A stretch of 63,972 nt of DNA, counting the filler, from Reclinomonas americana ATCC 50394 (lineage: Eukaryota): NCBI GenBank assembly GCA_048213135.1. It is 22 parts of 22 records of this genome, joined end to end, with 100 filler letters (N's around TTAATTAATTAA, not from the genome) between each part and the next. Parts side by side here need not be neighbours in the genome. Positions count along the whole stretch, not along the records: positions 43,684 to 47,223 come from AFZH01021734.1; positions 47,324 to 49,598 come from AFZH01021735.1; positions 49,699 to 52,558 come from AFZH01021736.1; positions 52,659 to 56,790 come from AFZH01021737.1; positions 56,891 to 59,598 come from AFZH01021738.1; 17 more parts are not named here. One strand, 5' to 3'. The position numbers were made by a program, and so were the translations under genes. Below, piece by piece: positions 46,701-59,698 of this stretch. The first letter of the stretch is position 1. Every line of letters starts with the position of its first letter. The notes under the pieces were generated by a model. That model did no database searches. It was not told the origin of the DNA and saw nothing but the letters and a program-made list of their open reading frames with translations.

Positions 46701-46976
46701 TGAGCACACCCGCCACACAACGAAGAGCACGTAGGAATCACACACCAGCGACAGCGTAAGCCGTGCAAATTGGTCCTCGTAGAACACCAGCGTGATATGC
46801 GGTGCATGCAGTTGAGCGGGGTCGAAGTCGCTCTCCGCCTCGATGAACCCGGCGGGTTCACCGCGCGCCTGCGAGCGGCGCAACTGGCGATCGTACTCAT
46901 GTCGTACGGCAGTCGACACTCGAGACAATGCGTAACCGCTGAGCTCGTCTCCCCCATGCAGCGTAATGCTCGGCAT
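39133..46976 (-). CDS. Very large multi-exon protein ending in a Fanzor/TnpB-type RuvC domain (3' end lost in gap; 5' limit uncertain)
   Basis: RuvC-I FSGIDQGVRT (Asp codon 40114-40116), basic helix RERIKRKMSKITRQIR, then ALCLPHF..MAGMV..RVIRAKTVVRML. Upstream exons splice in phase through 40797, 41190 and across the 43584-43683 gap. Confidence 0.75.
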
Positions 46977-47439
46977 ACTGCAATGACCATGGAGGATTAG
47001 TGAGAGGGAGACAAAGTTGTGAAGTCAGTGTCCCATACGCACACTCGCTTTCCGTCTTTGCCTTCCACCACATCGGGCGAGATGAGGAGGAACCTCCCCA
47101 TAGTCGCCTGCGCGGCGAGTACGGCTGCCTTCTCATCGCCACGCAGAATCACAGACGAAGATGCTTCGCGGCCAAACTTGATGCTGCACGACCACGCAGA
47201 TATATATATAGCAGTTGAGCACANNNNNNNNNNNNNNNNNNNNNNNNNNNNNNNNNNNNNNNNNNNNTTAATTAATTAANNNNNNNNNNNNNNNNNNNNN
47301 NNNNNNNNNNNNNNNNNNNNNNNTGACGGACAGAGTACTGAGTGACCATATGCATGGTGGCCAGTGTGGCAGGCGCCACGCTGTCGTCCATGGATTTAGC
47401 GTATTACATCCATGGCGTTAACGGCGTGGCCGCTGCCAC

Positions 47440-48525
47440 CTGATCAAGGTGAACGAGCAGATGGCCACAGACTGCACGCCACCAATTGCAACCATCGTCA
47501 CACTGCCGCCGCCAGGTGAACGAGCACACGGTCACAGTCTGCATGCCACCAACCATCGTCACACTGCCGCCGCCAGGTAAACGAGCACCCGGTCACAGAC
47601 TCCATGCCACCAACCATCGTCACACTGCCGCCGCCAGGTGAACGAACAGACGGTGCCAGACTGCATACCACTAACCATCGTCACACTGCCGCCGCCAGCT
47701 GATCAAGGTGAACGAGCAGACGGTCACAGACTGCACGCCACCAACTATCGTCATACTGCCGCCGCCAGGTGAACGAGCACACGGTCACAGACTACATGCA
47801 TATGCCACCAACCGTCGTTACACTGCCGCCGCAAGCTGATCAAGGTGAACGAGCAGATGGTCACATACTGCACGCCACCAACCATCGTCACACTGCCGGT
47901 ACCAGCTGACCACGGTGCCAGACTGCATGCCGCCAACCGTCGTCACACTGCCGCCGCCAGGTGAACGTTAACGAGCACACGGTCACATGTACAGACTGCA
48001 CGCCACCAACAATCGTCACACTGCCGCCGCCAGGTACCGGTGAACGAGCACACGGTCACAGACTGCACGCCACCAACCATCGTCACACAGCCGCCGACAG
48101 GTGAACGAGCAGACGCTCACAGACTGCATGCCACCAACCATCGTCATACTGCCGCCGCCAGGTGAACGAGCAGACGGTCACAGACTGCACGCCACCAACC
48201 ATCGTCACACAGCCGCCGCCAGCTGATCAAGGTGAACGAGCAGACGGTCACAGACTGCACGCCACTAACCGTCGTCACACTGCCGCCGCCAGCTGATCAA
48301 GGTGAACGAGCAGATGGTCAAAGACTGCACGCCACCAACCATCGTCACACTAGTACTGCCGCCGCCGGGTGAACGAGCACACGGTCACAGACTGCATGCC
48401 ACCAACCATTGTCACACTGCCACCGCCAGGTGAACGAGCACACGGTCACAGACTGCATGCCACCAACCATCGTCACACTGCCGCCGCCAGGTGAACGAGC
48501 AGACGGTCACAGACTGCATGCCACC
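47440..48525. repeat. 61-bp minisatellite array (roughly 16-17 degenerate copies)
   Basis: Unit GTGAACGAGCA(C/G)ACGGTCACAGACTGCA(T/C)GCCACCAACCATCGTCACACTGCCGCCGCCAG, for example starting at 48430 and 48491. Confidence 0.92.
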
Positions 48526-51129
48526 CTTCCGCATGCGCACGAGTTGAGTCTCGCACACTGCGCGGAGACGGCGGCGTGAGGATGTCCTCAATTGTGCGCG
48601 CGTTGGCATATGCATTGGTGCAATCCATCGAACCTGATCATGACTTCTCCATGGTGTCGAGGCTGACTGGCGCACCAAGTATTATCACCTGGCCCTCGGC
48701 CAGCATTGTTTCGCAAAGCGCGCGGATCACAGAGCAACAGCAAACTCTGCGAGAAGGGCGATCAATGTGAGTGGTTGATGAACGCGTACGCGTGAGTACC
48801 TTGGCGCTTGCGCTTGCTTGCGTGTGCGAGTGCAAGAAACGCAGGGAAGAGAGAGAGAGGGAGGGAGACGGGAGAGAGAGAGCGAGTGGGAATGTGCACT
48901 CGAGACAGTGAGAATGTGTGTGTGTGTGCATCACGTGTGTGCTGCACGTGCACGTGCTGTGCACGTGTCTTGGGAACACGCGAGCTTCCACTCTCGTGTT
49001 CCTCTTGTGCACGCGCACCTGAGCTCGAGACGGCAATGGTGTCACTTACATGCGGAGTCACTCCCGCGAGAAACCATGGCCAGGCCACGCACAACGAAAC
49101 AAAGTTACCCGCGCCGTGGGGGTGGAAGGAGAAGCAACGAATGCGCGCAGCAACACAAAGACCGCGGTACCGGGGTATACAGTGAATGCAGTGTCGGAAA
49201 CGGTCTTCTTTCCGTGACAGGATGACCTTCCAAACAATAGATCTAGAAGTTCACTGGTCCATACACAACCATGAGCATCTACCAATGATCGCCAACAAGT
49301 CTCGTGCGCTTTCCTTCGACAACTAAAACTGTCCAAAACGAGAGGCGACAGGAGAAAAGGGACAAGAAAAACATCGACAATATTAGCACAGCGATAAGAG
49401 AGAGAGAGAGAGAGTGTGTGTGTGTGTGTGTGTGTGTTATCAATGTCACACAGCCTCCAGGCCAGGAAGAAGACTTCGTCAGCAGTGACCACCAGAAGAC
49501 GTCCATCGCAGCAACTACGAAGAAGACAAAAAGAAATTGATCATATCAAGAAGAACAGTGGGGCAAGCATTGGGAAACTGTTACTTCTCTCACACCACNN
49601 NNNNNNNNNNNNNNNNNNNNNNNNNNNNNNNNNNNNNNNNNNTTAATTAATTAANNNNNNNNNNNNNNNNNNNNNNNNNNNNNNNNNNNNNNNNNNNNGC
49701 AGTATCAGGACCAGATCGTCCTTTCACTGAGTGGAAATGTGACCATAGGTACATCACTAGTTGAAGTCATGTGGTCATCAAGGCAGGCATCTGAGTGCAT
49801 GGCTGTGTAGGGGACACTCACAGCACCTGCCACGTGTGCTCAGAGCAGCAAACACACACTCCAGTGTGGAGAAAAACGCGTTTGATCGCGCGTGCGACGC
49901 CAACGGCCATTGGCGGCGAGGGTCATATCAGGGTGAGCGCGCGGCACATCTGGCCACCGGGCCACGGAGGAGGACCATAATGGATAGGGGAGACACACAG
50001 AGAGGGCTCTGCGACGGTGTCTGTGTGTCTGATTGGCTCAACGTCGAGCTGTCAGTCCCAATCAGTCGGCGTGGTGCCGGTGCCGGCTGCCTTCATGCTA
50101 AAGCGCCGGACTGCGGGGCGCATCGAAGGAGAGCCATCGTACGTCAGAGATCCACGAAGAGAGCGCTGCCAGCGTGGACAGAGGCAGAGTTGGAGGGTCA
50201 CTCACTGAAATGTGGCCATAGGTACATGGGTTTGAACAGATCCGCGGCAAGAGGCGACATAGCTGCGGGAGGCGTCCTCCGCCACTCTGCGTGTAGGCCA
50301 AGACGTGAGGAACAATATGGGCCTTCAGCTGCGGCTACCGCCATCGTGGTTATCACGTTTCGCGTGTCGGAAGCGAGGTGGGGAAATGTGGCTATGGGTA
50401 CATGATCAGGCACGTGATGGTGCTGCATGCCGTCGGGCATCCAACGGTGCGCGACCCATGCTCCTATGATATCATGCACGTATCCACTCGCATGGGGGCA
50501 ACGGACGAACGGTTGTCTGTGCAGGCGCCTTGGATGGCCTGCATTTCACACATCCAGCAGTGGCTCATAGTGACATGGTGCGAGGCAGCAACATTGACAT
50601 GAACGAGCGGCTAGATTGACTTGATGACACCACGCTTGTCGGAGAGAGGCGCCCGAGGCTCAAACACAATAAACAGCCCTTCCTTTATTATTGACACCCC
50701 ACTCTGCCGAGGCTTCATCGTCATCATTACGCAGAGGTTGGCGTCTGACCGGCGTGTCTGCGCACGTGACACTATGCAAGTGCACTTCGCCTTGATGTGC
50801 ACGCGTACGCACGACGATAGTGACAGCAGCTGCTGCATGGCCGAGCTGGTTGACGATGACATGGCGAGCCAGTGATCTGGCACCCCATCGACGGGCCAGC
50901 GAAGCCAGCATGCGCAGACACTGTACACCTGGCGGCCGGCATCGAGCAAGTGCATATACCAGGCGGGTGAGCGTCTCTCACCGCGATCAGAAGAAGCGAG
51001 ACAAGGAGTGTGCACATGGAGACAGCGACCGGCTGGGCAAGAGAGCGCAGCAGAAATTAGCGGGCGAGATGGAATGCAATGGAGAGAGCGGGTGGGAAGA
51101 AGGGCTAAAGAGGAAGAGAGAGGGAGGAG

Positions 51130-51856
51130 GGAGGAGGGAGAGGGAGAGGGAGAGGGAGAGGGAGAGGGAGAGGGAGAGGGAGAGGGAGAGGGAGAGGGAT
51201 AGGGATAGGGTGCAGATAAGGGCTCACTCACTCACTCACACACTGACTCGCACACTCACTCACACACTGACTCGCACACTCACTCACACACTGACTCGCA
51301 CACTCACTCACACACTGACTCGCACACTCACTCACACACTGACTCGCACACTCACGCACACACTCACTCAGCTCACGCACTCACTCTCCCATCCACTCAC
51401 TCACTCACTCGGTTCAGCTTAGCTCAGCTCAGATCAGCTCAGCTCAGCTGCAGGTCACTCAGCTCAGGTCACTCAGCGCAGGTCACTCACTCAGGTCACT
51501 CACTCAGGTCACTCACTCAGGTCACTCAGCTCAGGTCACTCAGCTCAGGTCACTCAGCTCAGGTCACTCAGCTCAGCTCAGCCAAGCCCAGCTCAGGTCA
51601 CTCACTCAGGTCACTCACTCAGGTCACTCAGCTCAGGTCACTCAGCTCAGCTCAGCCAAGCCCAGCTCAGGTCACTCACTCAGGTCACTCAGCTCAGGTC
51701 ACTCAGCTCAGGTCACTCAGCTCAGGTCACTCAGCTCAGGTCACTCAGCTCAGCTCAGCCAAGCCCAGCTCAGGTCACTCAGCTCAGGTCACTCAGCTCA
51801 GGTCACTCAGCTCAGCTCAGCCAAGCCCAGCTCACTCACTACTCACTCACTCACTC
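51130..51856. repeat. Composite tandem repeat: (GGAGAG)n, 24-bp CTCACACACTGACTCGCACACTCA units, then 13/14-bp AGGTCACTCA(CTC/GCTC) units
   Basis: Directly visible. An AGCTCAGCCAAGCCCAGCTC variant punctuates the last block four times. Confidence 0.9.
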
Positions 51857-52664
51857 CTGCACTCTACTCTCCCTCTGACGTCATCTCACGCCACCTTTCC
51901 GAAAGCTACGTCCCCAGATCACACGTACCGTCCCTTCCTGTGGCACTCACCTCCCACTCTCACGACGTACATCTGGGAGCTTCGACGTCTGATGTTAATC
52001 GCGCACTCGTCGACAGCAAAATCTCAATCGCTCTGTGGAGATGGCCTGTCGAAGTCATGCATTCGGCAGTCACATCGTCGCCCATGAGTCGCTGTTAAGT
52101 ACACTGGCGCAGCCGGTAACGGGGCGAGTGGTCCGCGTGCGGTTCAGATGTCTCATGTGTCGGCTGCGATCCACTCGATCTTTCGCGATTCGCCGCGCGC
52201 TCTGCACTCGCACACACTCAACACTCACTCAGATTAATTTTGCACCTTCGATTCACGCGCTCAGCAATGCCACAATCTAGTGCACTCACTCCGCTCTCTG
52301 TTCTTCCAGCTACTCACTCTTCCACCACATCCGTACTCACGCAAGCCTCTTGCAATTGCGTTCCTCACCCACAGAGTTGATCACATTCCCCCAGTTCACC
52401 GAGTGCTCATCATCGATATCCACTCATCAATCTGCACAATTGCTCATCGGCCCACACTCACTCACCAATACACTCAGCCTCTCACTCACTGACTTAGTTC
52501 GACTGAGCTCATGATCAGCAAGTTTGCAAGTTTACGTACAATTCACTCACTCACACTCNNNNNNNNNNNNNNNNNNNNNNNNNNNNNNNNNNNNNNNNNN
52601 NNTTAATTAATTAANNNNNNNNNNNNNNNNNNNNNNNNNNNNNNNNNNNNNNNNNNNNAGAGAG

Positions 52665-52710
<46 letters not shown>

Positions 52711-54038
52711 TACTGGTCACAGCAAGTACAAGAAAGGCCGAGAGTGGCAAAGGTGATCAAGGAGACCAGAGGTGGACACTCAGCTGAGGATACGGAAGAA
52801 GCAATTCTCAAGGAGAGTGCACGACTGAGTAAATACATATCCGCGTAAAGGCAATAGCGACTCGCTGAACGACATGCGATGAACAAAGATAGTGATTGAG
52901 TGAGTCCAACAGAAACGGAGCACATGAAGCCAACCCAATAGTGTGCGCAACTAATCGGTCGATGACTAACGACGGATGATCACAACCTGCAGTGCCAACG
53001 GTGCAAAAGTACGGGGACTGCGAGGACACAAAGTGAGTTCGCAAGTGAGACACGGACAAAGTAGCACGACAGCAACATACCTGCGTGCGTACGGTTGTCA
53101 ATGGCTTCCTGGCGGATGACTTGCGGCGCACGTGGCAAGATGGAGGCTCGGCTCATCACGAGTTCGCTTCCTCTGGAGAGTCCGGAGTCAGAAAGCAGCC
53201 TCGGTCCATGGCTGTATGGCGGTCTGCAGGCAACACACATCCACCAACTGCGTGACGCGCGATGAGACGAGTGAGTGACGGACTCCAAATCCATGCATCA
53301 TCACCTTGTCGCACGAATCACAGCCTTTCTACTCCCAGGCGGTGCCAGGGACTGCACAGTCCACGGACGGAAAGACACTAAAGATGTAGGCCTACATGTA
53401 CAAACAGTGTGCACAGTGGCTCGTGCGCCTGACAGCACTCCATGCACACCTGCCGCACCAGAGAAATGCGGTTACTTGGCGCGAAAAAAGAGACGCAGAC
53501 AACAACCCGCTCCATACTTACCTCACGGAAGAGCGACGACTCTCACGTAGAGTGGACCACCTGCATCTGCACGCAGGGAGTGCAAAGCATGCGGCCTGCA
53601 CACTTGACTGTGTGCATGCATGTGATTGTGCGTGTGATTGAGCGAGCACACGCGAGGATGCACGCCGATGTCGCACGCATTGCTGACTAAACGGTGTTTG
53701 TTCAGAGAGGAGTAACTGCGGGTTTGCACACATGCACGGTGCGCAGAGACAGAGAGAGCTCACACACCTGTCATGAGTAGCCTGCGAAAGTGCGGAGTCT
53801 CCCGTACGTGTCTCCACTCACGAGACACAGTCGGGGTGTGCGGGTGGTCGGTGACAGAGAGAGAGCAACATAGCAGAGCGGCATCATACGCAGGGATCAC
53901 TCGCTCACGCCTTGTTTGATAACTAGATAAGACCCGCCCATACAAGTCGATCGACTGGTCGGAGTGACCGTGGAATGCTAGTGCACCTTTCCGTGAAGGA
54001 GACTCGCACTTGGACTTTTCTGAGCGGATTCTGAGAGC

Positions 54039-57000
54039 CTATAGTGTGTACAACACTCTACCATCATGGGCGGCAAGCAGAGGTGACGTATGGCCCATGT
54101 ACTGCCCTCGCAAGTATGAGAGCCTGACTTGTCTCGGTTTTGGCTGTCGTCCAGTCGCCTGCGTACGGTTTGGAGCTGGGATTTCTCGGTAGCGATGGGT
54201 CCAGAGGACCCCCGACGGGAACACAGCTTCTGAGGGCTCTTCCGTGCACTTGGGTGCCTCTGGATGCCACATGATAAGTGGCACTGCGTGTGGGAGCGAA
54301 TTCGCCATGTTTTTCCTATTCCAGTATTTATTGCAATTTGAACACACTCACTGCCGGTACTGGCTCTTCACGTGCTCGAAGAAGCTGTGCATGAAGCAGT
54401 AAGCGTGCAGGATAAGGCACTGTCATCTTTGCTGCACATCGTACCTCCTGTATGCCTCCACTTCCACCATGCAAGCTGGCAGCCTGACGTCTTCTTTGGC
54501 ACGCAACCGAGTGAGAATGTGGGTGCGGAGATGGTCGAAGTTGATTAGCTCAATGCGATAGCGCAGGTGGAAGAAGAAGGACTCATCAACCATCTTGTTC
54601 AATGACCTGCTCATGAAGTGGCGTCAGTGACTAAAGAGAGCGGGGGTATGAGAGAGGCGATTGCTACCACTCACGATCGCCATCGACTGATGACAGAGTT
54701 ATTCTGCTCCGCAGCTTGCGAGTTGATAGCACGAAACGATTCAGAGTTGCGCAAGCGTCTCAGGTCCGCGTACTCGTCAGCGTGGTTCTCCTCGTGAAGC
54801 CGATCAAAACAAAAGAATCTCACGTTGAGGCCTGCGCGACAACACGACGACGAAATCGGTTATGACCGCACAGCGTTGTTGCCTGTTTCCTTCATCTATG
54901 CAAGAACGAACCGTTATGACGACTGAGCGTTGTGTATGGTCGATGCTCGTCCACAGGCCTGGTCATCACATTGCGCAGAGACTCCTCCGGCGTCCACAGA
55001 TTCGGCAACTCGACGCGCAACTGGCCGCTGGCGGCGTAGCTAGCTTCATGTATGTTCTTTCGCCCAAACATCCCCAGCTCAAACGTAGGTTGGCTGTAGT
55101 GCGTGTACAAGGGGGAAGGGGGGGGGGAGTTTGCGGGAGTCGATCAGTATGACTGCATGTTCACACACAAGGCACGTATGAGAGCGAGGTATCGACTCAC
55201 TGTGCAAAAAACCCTCTCATCGATTGTCGAGCATCCACAGAACCAGCCACCGAGCCGGCAATGTCGCAGACAACCTGCGGCATGCGCAGGTGAGATTCGC
55301 AGCGCCTATCACGATGGACATCCACCTCTCTGCAGAAGCGACTCACCAAATTGGGGAGCCAGTCAAACTTGAGCGAGTCCAGCATGTCTCCATAGTCACC
55401 TTCACCTTCTGATCGGTTGCAGACAGAAAACGCTATAATGGTTCCGTGTGGGCACTGTGCAGTGAGGATGTGTGCTGCATGATCGGACGTGAACGATGCA
55501 CCTTGTCAGCGGACTGCTACTTGAATGCGACATCTCACGTAAACACACGCAAACACACACACACACACACACTTACATGTGGTCGGTTGATACACTGCGT
55601 TAAAGCTCTTGGTGTCCACTTCAAGTCCATGTTTGATGCAGCAGTAATTAACCGCTTGCCTGCGCAACGTGTCGCGCAGAGCGTTCGGATCAAACGCGAC
55701 CCTCTCCACCGCCAGATAGGCTTTCAACACTGCTTTCTGTGACACAATCAGTGGGTGAGAACAGCAACAGCACGTGTCGGCGTCGGACGATGACATGTAC
55801 AGAATGGAGTATATACCTTCGAGTGTTGCAGCTTCCGACGCAGCTCATACCCCATGCTCTCGACGTCAAGACCCTCTATGAGCTTCTCATACTCGGCCTC
55901 GTCACCGTCTTGGAGAGGGCCAACAAGTTCGGCACCTTGCTGCTCTGCACGATGCAGCTTCCGGCTCTCCGTGTTGACGGCGGCAGTGCCATTCTCCTTA
56001 ATCATGTCGCGGTTGGCGTGCATGGGGAATTCACCAGCAATGTAGTTCTCAAGAGGCTTGAGCTCTGTGTATCGACGACAGTAGTCAGATTATCACGTAA
56101 ACTAAGGCACGGAAGGCTCACTGATAGGCACGTAACTCTTGCGAATTGACGGTTCCAGGAAGGGTTGTAGGTGCACCATCTTGTCAATGTTCGACCACCG
56201 CTTGACGAGATTCATCGGTTGCTGGGCGCTGCGCTGGAGAATGCGCTCTTCCTCTTCGGTTGTCTGGAACTTGGCAGCCTCCTCTACAGCATCCGATAAG
56301 CGCGTGCACAATTCATGGTGCTGCCAAACGCTCACACCCATCCTAATACCCACACAGAACGCAACTCGGCACTCGCATCACCACTCCCTCGATACCTGCG
56401 AGTGGACAGCTCACAGTTTGCGCAGATGCCAGAGAGACAGCAAAAGAGAAACACCACTGCAAACTAACCATCCATTACGACTGCTACGAACTTGTCACCA
56501 CCACAATCCAGGCAGAGCGGCTTGTATGGCCACGGGGTGAAGCTGATGAATGCTTCACAGCAGTCTCGCACCTGCTGCATGGTCTTGATACCAGGAGGTT
56601 CGCCGTAGTGATACGGGAACAGCTCCAACATACTCTTCTTGATGCTTTGTCCAAACTATGTGAGACGATAATGTACACCATCAGTCAACACAGACAAGAG
56701 AAAGTGCGATGAAGATCACGCAGACTCACTCGGGGCATGTGCCAGGTGAGCTTGATGAGCACATTGAAACTGCACGCAAAGCCATCGTCCNNNNNNNNNN
56801 NNNNNNNNNNNNNNNNNNNNNNNNNNNNNNNNNNTTAATTAATTAANNNNNNNNNNNNNNNNNNNNNNNNNNNNNNNNNNNNNNNNNNNNGATGTTGCAC
56901 TCCTTGTTTGTACATCGACCGGAAGTGAAGTAGAGGCCTACATCAACAGAATCGCACAGAGATGTCAAAGCCTACTCAGAAAGCATGCAACTGAGATCAC

Positions 57001-59283
57001 TGACCTTGAGCAACACCATGAGTCGTCAGGCACACGGCTGACCGGCGCTCCGGATTGGTACTCACATAATACCCACAGGCGGGACACGTCGCCGCTGGCA
57101 TGTAGCGCCTGCTTGCTAACACCTCGGGATCCTCGGCACGCTCGAGGTCGCCTGGCTTGTACATCCATGGGAACTGGTATGATGTGTGCTTGTGATCCTC
57201 CTCTGCAACAATAGGGCATACCATGCACCACGGTTAGCCTGTGCACATGACACTCGCTCTAACCCAGACAGCTCAACGCACCTACACTCCGTATAATACG
57301 CATCACGTCGTGATCAGCAAGCTCATCGTCCGACAATTGGCTCAGATCGAACCAAAACTTGTCACAATGACGCTCTGCCGACAGTCGTGGTCGTACCTCC
57401 TCCTGAGCAGGAGGCTCCTGGAGGACTGCGGCTGGCGCGACATCCTCAGCAGCACCGTGCGCCGCCGGTATTGGTACCTCGGCAGCTGGGGGCTGAGGTC
57501 GGAGTAGACGCTTGACGACGAAGCGCGCAATCATCACATGCGCACACTCTGTATGGGCCGCGTTGCAGTCGCACTTGGAGATTATCGAATCGACAGCCCA
57601 ATCGGCGTTGAGCTTCACGACTGCAATCGTGAGACTCGAACCAAGATGTGGTACTCCCCGCGCTGCGCATATGAGGCGTAATGAGCCACACACAGATGCA
57701 CGCCATCGCTCCAACGCCACTGAGTGTACCAACCTGGCATCACCGCAACGGGCATGCGGATCACAAGTCGTATTGCCTGCATCTTCTGTCGAGAGCGATG
57801 TGGCTTGAAGGAGCACGATGCAATGTCCTCGACAACTGGCGTATTGCCTGGTTCGCCAAGCACTGTGGCAAACGGCACGCGATACTTGTTGGAGTCGCTG
57901 ATGGCGTCCACCATCTGTGGAGGTGGATGGAGTGAGACATCGCGTCGACGATAAGCTTAAGTACTCAGCCATCTCCCGCTCTCTGCCTCACGCATGCATA
58001 AATGTGACGCACCTGAGCCTTGATGTCAATCGTCGCTTCATCGGCATCGCCAGCTCGTTTCCGTGACGACCTCTTCTTGTGCAAAGACCGAACGTTGGGG
58101 GGTAGCGCAAGTGCCTCTTGTACAAGACCGTCGTCTCCGACAAACTCAAGCGTGCGACCATTGACAGCACCAACACCAACACCAGCATTGTGTGCCACTT
58201 GAACGTGGGCACACACCGCAGCCGCGAAGCGTCCACTGCAGCGAGAGCACCGCCACAATTGGTCCATGGGCAACGGCTCAGGCCCTGCCGGTGGCCGAGG
58301 CAATATAGGGCTGACGATGGCCAAGCCATCCACATAGCTCTGCTTCGAGTTAGTGGCGACAAACACGGGTGGTGTGCCTGGAGCAGCGGCCGCAGTGCCA
58401 TCGATCTGCCAGACAGTCAATTTTTGTCGCTGCAATCCGATAGGCTTCAGCAAGAGTCCAGCCTCTGCGAGAGGCACAGCACTGCGTTGCAGTTCCAGAA
58501 CCGCTTCCTGGTCAGCCACTGCCTCTGCTTCTGCTCCTAGCAGTGAGTGAAACAAGGACGAACAGAGGCGCAGACACAGACGAAGACACACACGCAAATG
58601 AGCAGACAAGTAAGAACCTTCACTTTCCACAAACGCCTGTACCTTCGCTTCGAGCTGATCCTTTCGCACTGCCGAGCCGCACGGAGCATGGAAGTGTTGC
58701 TCTGTGATACTCATTGAGCAGGGGCGTGAGCGCTTGCACACGAGACTGACGCACCACTCATGAACTGCGGCACTCCATCCTCATCAACGCACTGCGCAGT
58801 GTGGTCAGCGTCTGAGAGCGTACGGTTCGCGCGGACTCTCCTGCCGCCTAGTTGTGGATGTTGAATGTAGCAAGGGTGGCAGTGATACTCGTACACTCGC
58901 CGAGTGCAGTTCCCCACCACTTTCATCACAGTCAGATCTCTCCATCACACACTAGTTCTCCACGCGTGCGCACACTGACCTTTCACGACGGTGGGCCTCA
59001 TACTCAACGCACACGCTCGGGTTGCGCGTCGTGCCGGGCGGCTCGCGTAGGTGCCGCTGCGTTGAAGCAGGCGGTGATGGACACCGCTCTCCTCTTGCAA
59101 ACAGAAGAGACGATCGTAGGCGTCCATAGTCTCCTCTGTGATTGCCACCTGACTGTCAGCTGACTCGAGAAGCGCGAGGAGAGCGAGGCACGGTGACGAT
59201 GTCGGTGCCATGCAGTACAACTGTGTGGTCGCCGGTGGCAGACGCACGAAGCGCACCACATCCGCAGCCATCTGACGCAACAC
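54039..59283 (-). mobile_element. Intron-containing KDZ (Zisupton/HMGXB3-like) transposase gene spanning the 56791-56890 gap
   Basis: Two SWIM-like fingers (CSRC..CAH at about 58205-58255; CDC..CAH at about 57538-57576), CPACG, CLDCG..VVMDG (about 56470-56510), CPHG...SE...GD (about 55390-55454), VCDIAG, FDRLHEENH (about 54780-54810), INSQAAEQNN (about 54695-54727) and LNKM. No TIR or TSD identified. Confidence 0.8.
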
Positions 59284-59698
59284 AAGGAGTCAGAGACAAT
59301 GCGGTGCTTCCACATAGACAGACGCGCAGGCGCGCGGAGCGCGCCTGCAAGTCACCTTCTCTCTCAACAGTGCGAAAACTTTGTAACGTTAACGACTTGT
59401 CCCGCGCAGTGTATCGCGTTTTGTTCTGCCTATAAGCATCTCCTTGAGAGGCTGCCGGCACCACCTTGCTCCCCACACGACGGCGCACACGCACATATAT
59501 AGCACGGCCCATGGAGACACATAATGGACTCTGTATCCTCATGTACCTATGGACACATTTCCCCTCATATAATCTGACAGACCGACCAGATAGTGCTCNN
59601 NNNNNNNNNNNNNNNNNNNNNNNNNNNNNNNNNNNNNNNNNNTTAATTAATTAANNNNNNNNNNNNNNNNNNNNNNNNNNNNNNNNNNNNNNNNNNNN

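Noticed and set aside
47440..48525. Repeat array next to a TnpB-like gene read as a CRISPR or guide array
   Set aside because: Units are contiguous with no unique spacers, and the array lies 5' of the gene, whereas omega-RNAs are typically 3'.
49699..51000. Possible minus-strand orphan gene
   Set aside because: I could not build a consistent exon chain or recognise any motif.
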